DNA of 64,000 nt, from assembly GCA_041644975.1 (NCBI GenBank), contig JBAZQX010000002.1, positions 84,603-148,602 on the forward strand, given 5' to 3'. The notes beneath the pieces were generated by a model. It had not been told where the DNA came from. It saw nothing but the letters and a program-made list of their open reading frames with translations, and ran no database searches. Positions 9,153-18,897 of the stretch are shown here, piece by piece. The translations under genes and the position numbers were made by a program. The DNA comes from Candidatus Doudnabacteria bacterium. Lineage in GTDB: Bacteria > Patescibacteriota > JAQUNI01. The number at the start of each line of letters is the position of its first letter. The stretch's first letter is position 1.

Positions 9153-9842
9153 ATGAAAGTATGGTTGAGTGTCATAGTTTTAATAATCTTTAGCGTATTA
9201 GTGGCTTATGGCGCGGGCGATGAGAAGATCCCGGGCATAGAGAATGGATTACAGCTTTCCAAGAATCGCTTTGCGCCGCCTGAACAGAGGTATTCTTATG
9301 AAGGCGTATCGCGGGTGCCGAGTAGCTGGAAGATGGTAAATGCCAAAGGTCAGGCGGTTATTGCTACCGAGAAAGCAAGCAAGAAGCCAATCGGGCAAGG
9401 TATTTTGCTCTTTAAAGAGACGGTCTATGTGCAGACCGAGTTTGCGCCGCCCGAAGGGCCATGGTCTTTCCAGACAGCGATAAATTTTTCCTTACATGGC
9501 GGCTATGTCGTTTTTAATAATTTTGAGACATGGAAGGATGAGTTTGTTTATCCAGATACGCTCAATAAAGTTCAGGGTTTGCCTACGCAGGCGACTGCTA
9601 AAAACAAAGCAGGCAAAACCCTTGCTTCGGTCAAAGTGTTGCGCTTTATCGTCGATGCAGGTTCTAATCAATTCGTCGGCGTTGAGGTTGTGGAAACGCA
9701 TTTCGGTCAGAATGGTAAAGTAAGTTTCCGTTGCGTTTCCCAGTTTGAACATCCGTCAGGCTTGAAGCGGTTTGAGAAGGTACTCTCGGGCAAGAAGGAG
9801 AAAGAGTATTTTCCGATTTGGCCGGTAAGCACGATTATGTAA
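9153..9842 (+). CDS. Secreted hypothetical protein
   Basis: GGAGG SD, signal peptide, higher GC than neighbours. Confidence 0.7.
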   Translation: MKVWLSVIVLIIFSVLVAYGAGDEKIPGIENGLQLSKNRFAPPEQRYSYEGVSRVPSSWKMVNAKGQAVIATEKASKKPIGQGILLFKETVYVQTEFAPPEGPWSFQTAINFSLHGGYVVFNNFETWKDEFVYPDTLNKVQGLPTQATAKNKAGKTLASVKVLRFIVDAGSNQFVGVEVVETHFGQNGKVSFRCVSQFEHPSGLKRFEKVLSGKKEKEYFPIWPVSTIM

Positions 9843-10010
9843 ATAATGCCCGTAATACCCATCTGTTGGCGGGTCGCTTTGGCGGGCTAACTAATGCATT
9901 CAGGACCAAAAAGAACTTGGAGGGTATAATTATTAATAAATTATTACTTTGCAGTTGTCCTATCTCTCTCTTAATAATTCTATTTTGGAAGAAAGAGCAA
10001 GGGATAATTA

Positions 10011-10040
10011 GGGTCAAGTTTTGAAACTTGACCCCTTTTT
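10011..10040 (+). repeat. Hairpin E (GGGTCAAGTT..AACTTGACCC plus T-tract), terminator-like
   Basis: Same family as 17740, 18688, 21426 and the remnant at 16311. Confidence 0.75.
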
Positions 10041-10125
10041 TATTGACTTTTAGGAAAATTAGTTTAATATGGGGGTTAGTTTAGTTAGTTCATTAAACTT
10101 GGTTCAATAAGAGAAGGTGACAAAT

Positions 10126-10917
10126 ATGAATCTACGATCTTGGTTTCAGAGAAGATATGTAAATGAGATGGTAAAAGTTTTAATTGAGGATGATAGAAAA
10201 TGCCAAGAACTCATCAGGAGAGTAGAGGCGGATTATGGGGTCAAAATAAAGCTACCGGACTCAAACAGCATACCAAGTTGTTTTCTCGTTGATATGCTGG
10301 AAAGAGCCTTTACAACTGGAAAGATTGTTTTACCTCCGAAGATTACCGTCCTTGATTTCGGGTGCGGCGATTGGTTCTATGCCCCCTTTTTACTGGGTTT
10401 TCTAAAACATTGGCAAGGATTCAGGGAGGTTTGTCTGGAGGGGATTGATTTTCCCAGTCGGAAAAATAAAAGGTCCCTACGCCGATTGCAGAAAGGAGAA
10501 CTTGATTTAAGAGTCCATTGGGGCGACATTATGAATTTGTCCCAAGAGAACAAATACGACATAATTTTTGCAAGCCATATGGTTGCTGGGCCCCATCATT
10601 GTAAAATGTGGGGGGTTCCTTATTACAAGCCCAGTATATTGTTCTCTTATTTACAATCTTTAGGAAAGCCCGACTGCTTGTTCGTTGTAATAGCTTATGA
10701 ATATGCTGGAGAAGACGCGATTTTTCGTTGCTTTAAATCAAAGTTAACAGAGTTTTTCTATCAACCTCTGGTCGAAAAAAAGTTTAGTTCCTTTCTTTAT
10801 AATCGTCGCGGCTTTCATGACAACTCAATTTGCATCAGCAGGTCTCCATTTGTGGACCTAGAAGCATGCACGAGATATGAAGAGGAGATTGAGGAAATGG
10901 ATGCAATACTTTATTAA
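10126..10917 (+). CDS. Putative class I SAM-dependent methyltransferase
   Basis: VLDFGCGD motif I, GID, GDIM, KYDII. Confidence 0.7.
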   Translation: MNLRSWFQRRYVNEMVKVLIEDDRKCQELIRRVEADYGVKIKLPDSNSIPSCFLVDMLERAFTTGKIVLPPKITVLDFGCGDWFYAPFLLGFLKHWQGFREVCLEGIDFPSRKNKRSLRRLQKGELDLRVHWGDIMNLSQENKYDIIFASHMVAGPHHCKMWGVPYYKPSILFSYLQSLGKPDCLFVVIAYEYAGEDAIFRCFKSKLTEFFYQPLVEKKFSSFLYNRRGFHDNSICISRSPFVDLEACTRYEEEIEEMDAILY

Positions 10918-10919
10918 AC

Positions 10920-10949
10920 AAAGGACGGCTCTATCGGGAGCGTCCTTTT
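10920..10949 (+). terminator. Intrinsic terminator
   Basis: AAAGGACG..CGTCCTTTT hairpin just after the stop codon. Confidence 0.65.
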
Positions 10950-10986
10950 ATAATTTTAAAGATTACCATTATTTGTTCCGTCTGAG

Positions 10987-11105
10987 ATATAGTGAGTAGC
11001 AGTTCATGTCGTTCGCGAGCCCCGTCGCTCTTGAGCGACAGGGCGAGCGACGTGGCGGGGCAAGGTAAAATATGATAAACTAAGCTCGCGGATTTAAATC
11101 AGGAG
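10987..11105 (+). repeat. Spacer repeat (A with doubly nested palindrome, start of B)
   Basis: ATATAGTGAGTAGC..GTCGTTCGCGAG[CCCCGTCGCTCTTGAGCGACAGGGCGAG]CGACGTGGC..TGATAAACTAAG. Confidence 0.9.
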
Positions 11106-11137
11106 ATATTTTCACTAAAAATATTAAAACAAAAAAT

Positions 11138-13138
11138 ATGAAATGGCGCGTGATTTTATTTATTGTTTTTTTCTGGCTCGTCGCGGGAAAAATAGAGGCC
11201 GCTCAAGTGACCATCAACGCAACCGCGGATACCTATGTGAACTCTTATGCGCCGACCCAAAATTTTGGCAGCGTGGGTACTCTGGAGGTGCGCTCGCGCG
11301 ATATTTCCCGCTCGAGTTTTCTCCAGTTTAATCTTTCCCACTTTATTCCTTTAGATGCGACGGTGACCAGGGCTTACTTGAAATTATATCTTTTTGACAA
11401 TTTTTGTTATACCAATGCCACCGCGCCGATGAATATCAGAATCTATCGGGTATCCGGTCGTTGGTCTGAACAGAGTATTACTTACCAGAGCCAACCCGAT
11501 GCTTCTACCGTGGACGGCGCAAGTCTTACGCTCCCTTTAAATTCTGATGCGGGGTATAAAACTTGGGATGTCACGAACATTGTTAAGGGTTGGATTGATA
11601 ACCAATATCTTAATTATGGTTTGCGCACCTATTATTATTCGGTAAATAATTGTCAGGCCACATTTTATGCCCGTGAGACCGGGGAAGGAATGAAGCCTCA
11701 GTTAGTTGTTGAATATACGCCGCCTCCGGACCGCACCCCGCCGCAGATTAGGGAAGTTTCAGCCGAAGTAACGGCGGCGACAGCGACCATTCGTTGGAAG
11801 ACATACAATGACCCCTCTTCGAGCACGGTTGCTTACCGGCGGCCGGGAGCACAGCTTTGGCCAATCCAGAGCGCCGGGGGTTTAACAGTTGATCACAGTG
11901 TAACTTTAACCAATTTACAACCCCAAACACTATATCAATACACGGTGAAATCCAGAGACGCGGCAGGCAATGAAGCAGTTTCCGCGGTTTTAGAATTTAC
12001 CACGGCAGAGGCTGAAGATCTGACCGCGCCGGATATTTCCAATGTGAATGTTAATCACCTTTCAAGCCGTGCGGTAGAAATTATTTGGAGCTCGCAGGAA
12101 GAGGCGACAGGAGAGGTACGCTATAGTACAGATCGCCAACGCGTATCCATTGCCACCCAGGCGGGGCTCAAGACCAATCATACCGTGCGGTTGGAGCCAT
12201 TGTTACCCGCCACAACTTATTATTTTGTAATTAACTCGGAAGATGCCCGGGGGAACAGGACAGTCCGCGAGGAGGATCAATTTACTACGCAGGCGGACGC
12301 TGCCGCTGGAGAAGAGGATGGAGAGGAACAGGATGAGGAAGAGGATTATAATCCTCTTTCCATTTACAATATTATCTTGGATGTCTTGAGCCCGACTAGT
12401 ATGCGGTTCAAGTGGTGGAGCACAATTGACGGCACCTCTTGGGTGTTTGCTTCGGCAGACGCGGATGACGCGACATCGATTGAAGATTATGAATTTGTCG
12501 CGGGGCGCAATGATGGAGTAGATATGCACGAGGTTGTCTTGAACAATCTTGCGCCCGCCACAACCTACAGCTATCGTGTTCTAACGCGCAGCGCGGATGA
12601 TCAAGCGGATCTTTCAGAACTTAAAACTTTTCGCACTGACGCCCAAGCTGCTCCCGAGGCTGCGGGTGAGCAGCCTGAGGCGCTTCCCCCACTGCCGGCC
12701 GAACCCGATAGCACTCCGCAAGATCAAGTCCCAGAACAAATTACTGATCCGGCGGTGATTGAAGAGATTCGGCACCAGGCTCAAGAGGCAGAGAAAAAAG
12801 AGAGTCTGGAGCCTGCCATAGCAGAGGAGAAAGAGAGTTCGGAACCTGCCGTAAAAGAAAGTGAAAATTTGGAAGATGAGGATCAAAAGCCAGCCGGCTT
12901 GGGCTCAAAGTTTTTACTTATTTTATCGCGCTTCTGGGTTTGGATTATTCTGGGGGGCGTTTTTTTCCTTGCTTTGCTGGGTGTGTTACTGTATTTATTA
13001 TTACGCAAGAAAAAAGGCGGTGAAAATAGGGAGGCAAATCCTATCGCGTCGCAACCAAGCGGGGCAGTACCGAGCCAGACAGTGGCAGAACAAACAGTCA
13101 GCCAGACCCCCCAGCCCCAAAAGCCCAAAAAGAGCTAA
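11138..13138 (+). CDS. Surface protein: DNRLRE (CBM96-like) domain, 3 FN3-like domains, acidic linker, C-terminal TM
   Basis: ADTYVNS..NFGS..FLQFNL..WSEQSITY..WDVTNIVKGW..NYGL..KPQLVVEY; H.V.L.NL.P.T.Y.Y repeats. Confidence 0.85.
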   Translation: MKWRVILFIVFFWLVAGKIEAAQVTINATADTYVNSYAPTQNFGSVGTLEVRSRDISRSSFLQFNLSHFIPLDATVTRAYLKLYLFDNFCYTNATAPMNIRIYRVSGRWSEQSITYQSQPDASTVDGASLTLPLNSDAGYKTWDVTNIVKGWIDNQYLNYGLRTYYYSVNNCQATFYARETGEGMKPQLVVEYTPPPDRTPPQIREVSAEVTAATATIRWKTYNDPSSSTVAYRRPGAQLWPIQSAGGLTVDHSVTLTNLQPQTLYQYTVKSRDAAGNEAVSAVLEFTTAEAEDLTAPDISNVNVNHLSSRAVEIIWSSQEEATGEVRYSTDRQRVSIATQAGLKTNHTVRLEPLLPATTYYFVINSEDARGNRTVREEDQFTTQADAAAGEEDGEEQDEEEDYNPLSIYNIILDVLSPTSMRFKWWSTIDGTSWVFASADADDATSIEDYEFVAGRNDGVDMHEVVLNNLAPATTYSYRVLTRSADDQADLSELKTFRTDAQAAPEAAGEQPEALPPLPAEPDSTPQDQVPEQITDPAVIEEIRHQAQEAEKKESLEPAIAEEKESSEPAVKESENLEDEDQKPAGLGSKFLLILSRFWVWIILGGVFFLALLGVLLYLLLRKKKGGENREANPIASQPSGAVPSQTVAEQTVSQTPQPQKPKKS

Positions 13139-13310
13139 GGATGTATTATTGCCTTTTTCTTAATTAATTTTGCTCTTTTTTTGAGGGCATTCTTCTAAAC
13201 ACAGTTTGAAAAGGAAATTTTAAATATATTTGAAATTCCAAAGATATTTCTGGATTAAGATTTATTGTTAAAGATAAGACAAATATTATTAAGGTAATTA
13301 ATTTGGAAAG

Positions 13311-14279
13311 ATGAAAAAGATTTCAATAATTGGATTGATTGCAGGTATTTTAGTAATTGGAGCTATTGCTTTTTTCTTGTTAAATTCTTCTTCAGAAGAG
13401 GAGAATAATGTGGGCCAAGAATCAGAAATTTTTTGCGCAGATTACGATGGAAATCAGCAAGAATGTTTATCCCATTCAGAATGTAAGTGGAGTTCAGATA
13501 TGAATGAATGTGATTCAACAGATATGGTTGAGGAAGAAGATGGTGGAGGATTTAAACAAGAATTAGAAAATATTGCTGTTCCAAATAATCCCTCAAATAC
13601 TCTTTGTAAAAAAATACCTTTGTCAGGTAAACCTCCTTATAGCGAAAGATATTACTGTTTAGCGGTTGTAAATCATGATGAAAGATTTTGTGAAGGGATT
13701 GATGAAGAAAAGGGGAAAAATATTTGCTTAGCCCATGCGAAAGCAGACCCCTCTTATTGTAAAAAAATCCAAGAAGATTCAGCTAAACATGTTTGTTATT
13801 ATATGCTTGCAGTATCAAGCAAAAATGCTGATTTTTGTAGTGATATTAGTTATAGTCAACATGAAAAAGAACAATGCTATTTTAATTTTATGAGTAATTT
13901 ATATCAGTGGGATAAATCTGATGAGATAAAAACAGAATACTGTAATCAACTTGATACTCCAGATAAAAATACTTGTCTTGCATTAAAGGCGAGAGATATT
14001 TCTCTTTGCGGAGATAATCCTCATTGTTTGACTTTTTTTGAGCAAGATTTGTCTTTTTGTGATGAACATCCTGAAATAGATGGTTGCATAAAAGATAGGG
14101 CAAAGACAAGTAAAAATGTGTCAATTTGTGAATTACTTCCCCAGCCAGATAGAGATAGCTGTGTTGGGGTTTATTGCACCCACACAGAGCTTGATGTTAA
14201 TATTTGTGATACAATTGAGGGCATTAAAGAAAGACAAGACAGGTATATAGAACTTGCAATGAATTTAGGTAATTGGTAA
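13311..14279 (+). CDS. Membrane-anchored cysteine-rich repeat protein
   Basis: N-terminal TM; repeated C..I.....(K/R)..CY...A......C units; paralog of 15502. Confidence 0.8.
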   Translation: MKKISIIGLIAGILVIGAIAFFLLNSSSEEENNVGQESEIFCADYDGNQQECLSHSECKWSSDMNECDSTDMVEEEDGGGFKQELENIAVPNNPSNTLCKKIPLSGKPPYSERYYCLAVVNHDERFCEGIDEEKGKNICLAHAKADPSYCKKIQEDSAKHVCYYMLAVSSKNADFCSDISYSQHEKEQCYFNFMSNLYQWDKSDEIKTEYCNQLDTPDKNTCLALKARDISLCGDNPHCLTFFEQDLSFCDEHPEIDGCIKDRAKTSKNVSICELLPQPDRDSCVGVYCTHTELDVNICDTIEGIKERQDRYIELAMNLGNW

Positions 14280-14374
14280 AAATTTAATGCTGCAGAATCC
14301 TAAAAATTTGTTTTGCTTTTTTATTAATTCTGATTCAAAATTCAAATACAGTAATTTTTTGATAGAATAAGATC

Positions 14375-15112
14375 ATGAAAAATCCAGAAGAAATAAAAAA
14401 AATTGTTAAAAATAAGTATAAAGAAATAGCCGTCAGTGATTCCGGTTGCGGCTGTGGTTGCGGAGGCGCGCAGGATATTGCTAAAAGCATAGGTTATTCT
14501 GAAGAAGATTTAAAAACGGCAGGAGCAGCGAATCTTGGTCTTGGTTGCGGCAATCCTGTAGCCTTTGGTAAAATAAAAGCGGGGGATATTGTTTTGGATT
14601 TGGGGTCCGGCGCCGGTATAGATTGTTTTTTGGCTGCGAAGAAAGTAGGCAGCACAGGTAAAGTGATCGGTATTGATATGACAAGAGAAATGGTTGAAAA
14701 AGCAAAGGATAATGCCGAGAAACAAGGGATTAAGAATGTAAAATTTATTTTAGGAGAAATAGAGGATTTGCCCCTTAAAGATAATTTGGTAGATATTATC
14801 ATTACCAATTGCGTTGTTAACCTTACTCCCAATAAGACCAAAGCTTTTCAAGAAGCATACAGAGTTTTAAAGCCAGGAGGAAAAATTTATCTTTCAGACA
14901 TTGTTTTATTAAAAGAGCTTTCAGAGGAACAAAAAAACAACAAAGATTTATTATCCGGTTGTGTCGCGGGCGCTTTATTAAAAGAAGATTATCTAAATAA
15001 GATAAAGAATGCAGGATTTAAGGCACGGATTCTACATGAAAATAAAAAAATTGGTAAAGAACAATATCATGGGATCGCCCTTGAAAATTTAATGGTTGAA
15101 TTGGGAAAATAG
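14375..15112 (+). CDS. arsM: Arsenite methyltransferase
   Basis: [46 protein letters not shown] with the conserved Cys residues. Confidence 0.9.
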   Translation: MKNPEEIKKIVKNKYKEIAVSDSGCGCGCGGAQDIAKSIGYSEEDLKTAGAANLGLGCGNPVAFGKIKAGDIVLDLGSGAGIDCFLAAKKVGSTGKVIGIDMTREMVEKAKDNAEKQGIKNVKFILGEIEDLPLKDNLVDIIITNCVVNLTPNKTKAFQEAYRVLKPGGKIYLSDIVLLKELSEEQKNNKDLLSGCVAGALLKEDYLNKIKNAGFKARILHENKKIGKEQYHGIALENLMVELGK

Positions 15113-15170
15113 ATATCTGCGTTTAAAGAATTAATTTCAGCAATGAATTTTTTCTAAACACCCATCAAAC

Positions 15171-15373
15171 ACGTTCTAAACCTTCGGCAAAGTTTACAGT
15201 GAGTTCATCGAACTGCTTGAGGGCAGGCTCGTCCCGAGGCCGTTCAGGCTCGAGGAGACTCAGCTCCTTCGACTGTGGGGTGAACAGCCCGAGGGGCTAT
15301 TGTTCACGATGCGGCGTAACATTAGATGGATTCAAATCTTTTTAGTAAAGGATGTCGTTCGCGAATGACATCC
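15171..15373 (+). repeat. Spacer segment B carrying several stacked small palindromic inserts
   Basis: GTTCTAAACCTTCGGCAA...GGGCAGGCT...GCTATTGTTCACGATG parallels 8031-8076; GGATGTCGTTCGCGAATGACATCC palindrome. Confidence 0.65.
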
Positions 15374-15501
15374 TAAAAGATAATTCACAATTTTTTGACC
15401 TGATCCCATTCTCTCTTTGTTTTTAGCCTTTCTTTCGTTGACTTGGTCTATATTGAATTTTGATTAAATAGTATTATTGATCATTTCATTAAGATAAAAT
15501 T

Positions 15502-16311
15502 ATGGGAAGAAAGTTTTTATTTTTTTGGTTTATTTTAATTGTAATAAGTATTATCGGTTTTTTATTTATTGTAAACAATAAGCCTTCAAATAATAAGCCT
15601 TCTTCTGAAGAAATAAAAATTCTCGATGACAAACCAAATTCGATTTGTCAAAAAATTACTTCGGCAGAGTCCAGATTTTTTTGTTTGGCTTTTGTGAATA
15701 AAGATGAAACTTTTTGCAATCGGATTGATGGTGACGGGAAAAATAGCTGTTTAGCCGCTGTGAAAAATGATTCTAAGTTTTGCCAGGAAATATCAAATAA
15801 AAACAAGCAATTTTGTTATCAAAATTTAGTTAGCGTGACCGGGAAAAGCGATTTTTGCAGTGAAATGACGGAAAAAAGAGACATCAGTTCCTGTTATGTC
15901 CATTTTGTAAGCACTAATTTTCTTGCTTCTAATTTTGACCTTCTAAACCAAAAATTGTGCGAGCAGATTATTGATAACTCACCGGAGAAAACCTTATGTC
16001 TTGCCATGGTAAATCAAAATCCTGATGTTTGCGGTCCGGAGAGAAATGACTGCGCGGCATTTTTTAGTAAAGACGAGTCTACCTGCATAAAATCTGCCTC
16101 GGAGATAGATAAGGCAGAATGTTATCATGCTTTGGCGATGTTAACTAATAATAGTTCTATTTGTGAAAAAATTAGCGATTCCAATCAAAAAGACGATTGT
16201 TATAGGGATTATGGCAGAATCAGTGAAGATACTATAATATGCGATAGGATATCCAATGTTATGTTAAAGGGAGAATGTTATAAGAATGTTGCGATTCATC
16301 TTGTAAATTAA
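15502..16311 (+). CDS. Membrane-anchored cysteine-rich repeat protein (paralog of 13311)
   Basis: Same Cys spacing; ESRFFCLAFVNKDETFC aligns with ERYYCLAVVNHDERFC. Confidence 0.8.
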   Translation: MGRKFLFFWFILIVISIIGFLFIVNNKPSNNKPSSEEIKILDDKPNSICQKITSAESRFFCLAFVNKDETFCNRIDGDGKNSCLAAVKNDSKFCQEISNKNKQFCYQNLVSVTGKSDFCSEMTEKRDISSCYVHFVSTNFLASNFDLLNQKLCEQIIDNSPEKTLCLAMVNQNPDVCGPERNDCAAFFSKDESTCIKSASEIDKAECYHALAMLTNNSSICEKISDSNQKDDCYRDYGRISEDTIICDRISNVMLKGECYKNVAIHLVN

Positions 16312-16410
16312 AACTTGACCTTTTTTATTTCTATGCACTTTGCAGACAGATTCCACCAAAGGGAGCTAAAAAAATCGCCAAAAGGGCGATTTTTTGGTAA
16401 AATAAAAAAG
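16311..16410 (+). repeat. Spacer repeat (E remnant, end of C, hairpin/promoter D)
   Basis: AACTTGACCTTTTTT; GGGAGCTAAAAAAATCGCCAAAAGGGCGATTTTTTGGTAAAAT. Confidence 0.8.
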
Positions 16411-16435
16411 AGTTCATTAAAATAAAAACAAATCT

Positions 16436-16918
16436 ATGCATTTAAAAATAAGATACATTTTTATCCCTTTTCTGGTGATTATTATTGTAGGAATTGGCGT
16501 ATATATTTTGCTTTCAAAGACAAAAAAGGAGTCCTCTAAAACCCTAGAGATAACTAAAATTACTTGGGTATTGGAAAAAGCGGGCGAAGATAGCGAGACG
16601 GGAGCGCCGCTTACAAAAGTAAAAGCAGATTTCAAAGGCGGAATCAATAAAGGATATGACGCGGGGGTTTACGCTGGAAACTGTTTTGAGATTGCCAAAT
16701 CCGAATGGGAACTTTTAGAAAATGAAATTTCGGGAGTGATTTGCTGGTGGGCAGGCGGGGGAGATGAGATTGGCATTTTTAAGGAAGATGATAAACTGGT
16801 TATCGAACACGGGACGCTTAGCGCGGGTGGTCCTGCTACAGAAGATGAGCCGGCCATACCGAATTTCAGAGGCGACTTTGAAAAGCTTTTTGAAATGAAA
16901 GGAAGACCTGTTTTTTAA
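16436..16918 (+). CDS. Membrane-anchored hypothetical protein
   Basis: N-terminal TM; GNC..CWWAGGGDE motif. Confidence 0.75.
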   Translation: MHLKIRYIFIPFLVIIIVGIGVYILLSKTKKESSKTLEITKITWVLEKAGEDSETGAPLTKVKADFKGGINKGYDAGVYAGNCFEIAKSEWELLENEISGVICWWAGGGDEIGIFKEDDKLVIEHGTLSAGGPATEDEPAIPNFRGDFEKLFEMKGRPVF

Positions 16919-16943
16919 CCCCAATAAAAAGAAGTATTATTTT

Positions 16944-17687
16944 ATGAAGAGAATCCATCTTTTATTTTTTTTATTTATTGTAATTGCCGTAATTATTTTA
17001 CTGATTTATATTTTTTCTGAAAAACCAAAATCATCCTTGCCCCAAAACAATCTCCCCACGGCTCCAACCAGCGAGCCAGGGCAGAAAAGTAATTCGCCAT
17101 CGGTTTCGGGTACAGAGCCAGGGTTGCAGCAAACTCAACCCAACAATGCAAATGTCGGAGATACTGACAAAGGAAGTGCAGGTATTTTTCAACCTCCTTT
17201 AGAGAGAGCGATGGAAAGGGTACTTAAGAAAAAATTTGGTATGTATATTACCCCTCAAAATTCGCCAGTGCAGCCAGAAAGATTTCAAGGATATCACACG
17301 GGAGTTGACTTTGAAATTTTCCCCGAGGAGTTAAACGCGGAGGTCCAAGTCCATGCGGTTTGTTCGGGAGAACTAAAATTAAAAAAACACGCGTCTGGTT
17401 ATGGAGGAGTCGCGGTTCAGGCTTGCGAATTAAATAAAGACCCGATAACTGTGATCTACGGACACTTGAAATTGTCTAATATCACTGCTGATGTTGGAAC
17501 AAATATCAATGTTGGCGAAGTAATTGGGATTCTAGGAGCCGATAAAAGCGTGGAGACAGACGGTGAACGCAAGCATTTACATTTAGGTTTTCATAAAGGA
17601 ACAGCGATAGATATTCGAGGTTATGTGAGTTCAGAAGCAGAACTCGCTAACTGGATTGATCCTTGTCTTTATGCTTGTCATGATTAG
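16944..17687 (+). CDS. Membrane-anchored M23 family metallopeptidase
   Basis: YHTGVDFE, YGHL and HLHL zinc-ligand motifs. Confidence 0.88.
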   Translation: MKRIHLLFFLFIVIAVIILLIYIFSEKPKSSLPQNNLPTAPTSEPGQKSNSPSVSGTEPGLQQTQPNNANVGDTDKGSAGIFQPPLERAMERVLKKKFGMYITPQNSPVQPERFQGYHTGVDFEIFPEELNAEVQVHAVCSGELKLKKHASGYGGVAVQACELNKDPITVIYGHLKLSNITADVGTNINVGEVIGILGADKSVETDGERKHLHLGFHKGTAIDIRGYVSSEAELANWIDPCLYACHD

Positions 17688-17739
17688 AGTAATAAATTTT
17701 GAAAAATGCTCGCGGTTATAATATAAAAAAGAGAAATTT

Positions 17740-17918
17740 GGGGTCAGGTCTTGAAATTTGCCCCTTTTTAATTTCTACAATATATAGCGCGAGTAGCGGG
17801 CCACGTCGCTCGCGAGCCCCGTCGCTCTTGAGCGACAGGGCGAGCGACGTGGCAGGATGGGGTAAAATCTGATAAACTAAGATTGCGGACTTAAATTTAG
17901 GATGTAAACATATTCATT
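17740..17918 (+). repeat. Spacer repeat (E-A-B) with doubly nested palindrome
   Basis: GGGGTCAGGTCTTGAAATTTG..CTACAATATATAGCGCGAGTAGCGGGCCACGTCGCTCGCGAG[insert]..TGATAAACTAAGATTGCGG. Confidence 0.92.
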
Positions 17919-17959
17919 AAACAGGGCATCCCTCTTTTTACAAGAAAACCCAAAAATTT

Positions 17960-18625
17960 ATGATTTTTTTAATTGTCGGACTTTTAGCTTATCTTATTTT
18001 TCTTCCGCTTTGCTTTGCTATTTTATTTTTGGTTGCTAGAAAACAATATAAAAATTATTCGGTTTTCACTTTTTGGCTAAGCAATCTTGGCGCGAAAAAA
18101 TCGCGCAGCCGCCTTATCTTCAATGTTTGTTCCTTTGTTTCTGGTTTATTGAATTTATTGTTTAGCTGGATATTATTTAAAATTTTGCCCCAAACATTAT
18201 TGACTCTGGCAATGTTAATATTTTTTTCGCTGTCCGCCCTGCTTACTGTTCTTATTCCTTTTTTCCCGATGGACAAGAAAAGAAAAGCCCACGAAATAAT
18301 CGCTAACATTTTATTTTTTTGTATTTTAGCAGCTTGTTTGTTATTTACTTATTTTAATTTGATTTCACAAATGTTTCCCGCATTTTTAACTATTTTGAGT
18401 TTGGCTGCGGTTGTTTTTTCTCTTTTAGTAGTCTATTCTTACTTGAAATTAAAAGGAAAATATGGAGGCCGGGCAATGGGGGATTTGGTTTTTGAAAGGA
18501 AAAAAGAAAAGTCCTGTATTTTAAAGAATGCCACGCTATGGGAGTGGCTTGCCTTTTCTTCGGTGATTGTTTGGCTTTTTGCCTGGACCATTTGTCTTTT
18601 GAGCTTTTTGCTTCACGGACGTTAG
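17960..18625 (+). CDS. DUF998-like multi-pass membrane protein
   Basis: YS...WLSNLG..IFN, FPMD..AH, terminal WEW helix. Confidence 0.65.
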   Translation: MIFLIVGLLAYLIFLPLCFAILFLVARKQYKNYSVFTFWLSNLGAKKSRSRLIFNVCSFVSGLLNLLFSWILFKILPQTLLTLAMLIFFSLSALLTVLIPFFPMDKKRKAHEIIANILFFCILAACLLFTYFNLISQMFPAFLTILSLAAVVFSLLVVYSYLKLKGKYGGRAMGDLVFERKKEKSCILKNATLWEWLAFSSVIVWLFAWTICLLSFLLHGR

Positions 18626-18687
18626 TCGGAGGATATTGACAAAAAAGGGCGAAAAAGGGAACGCATAAAATCAGCGCGAAGGGCATA

Positions 18688-18890
18688 GGGGTCAGGTCTT
18701 GAAATTTGACCTCTTTTTATTTCTACAATATATAGCGCGAGTAGCGGGCCACGTCGCTCGCGAGCGACGTGGCGGGGCAGGCATCATCTACACAAGCGAG
18801 CAAAAGTTTTTTATAAACCGAGCTATTTGCTTGGAAAGTCTTTTTATAAAGTGAATTGCCAAAAAGGCGAATTTTTTGTAAAATAAAATA
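18688..18890 (+). repeat. Spacer repeat (E-A ... D)
   Basis: Near-identical to 17740-17816; perfect 26-bp palindrome at 18748-18773; TTGCCAAAAAGGCGAATTTTTTGTAAAAT before the ATPase start. Confidence 0.92.
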
Positions 18891-18897
18891 AATACTT

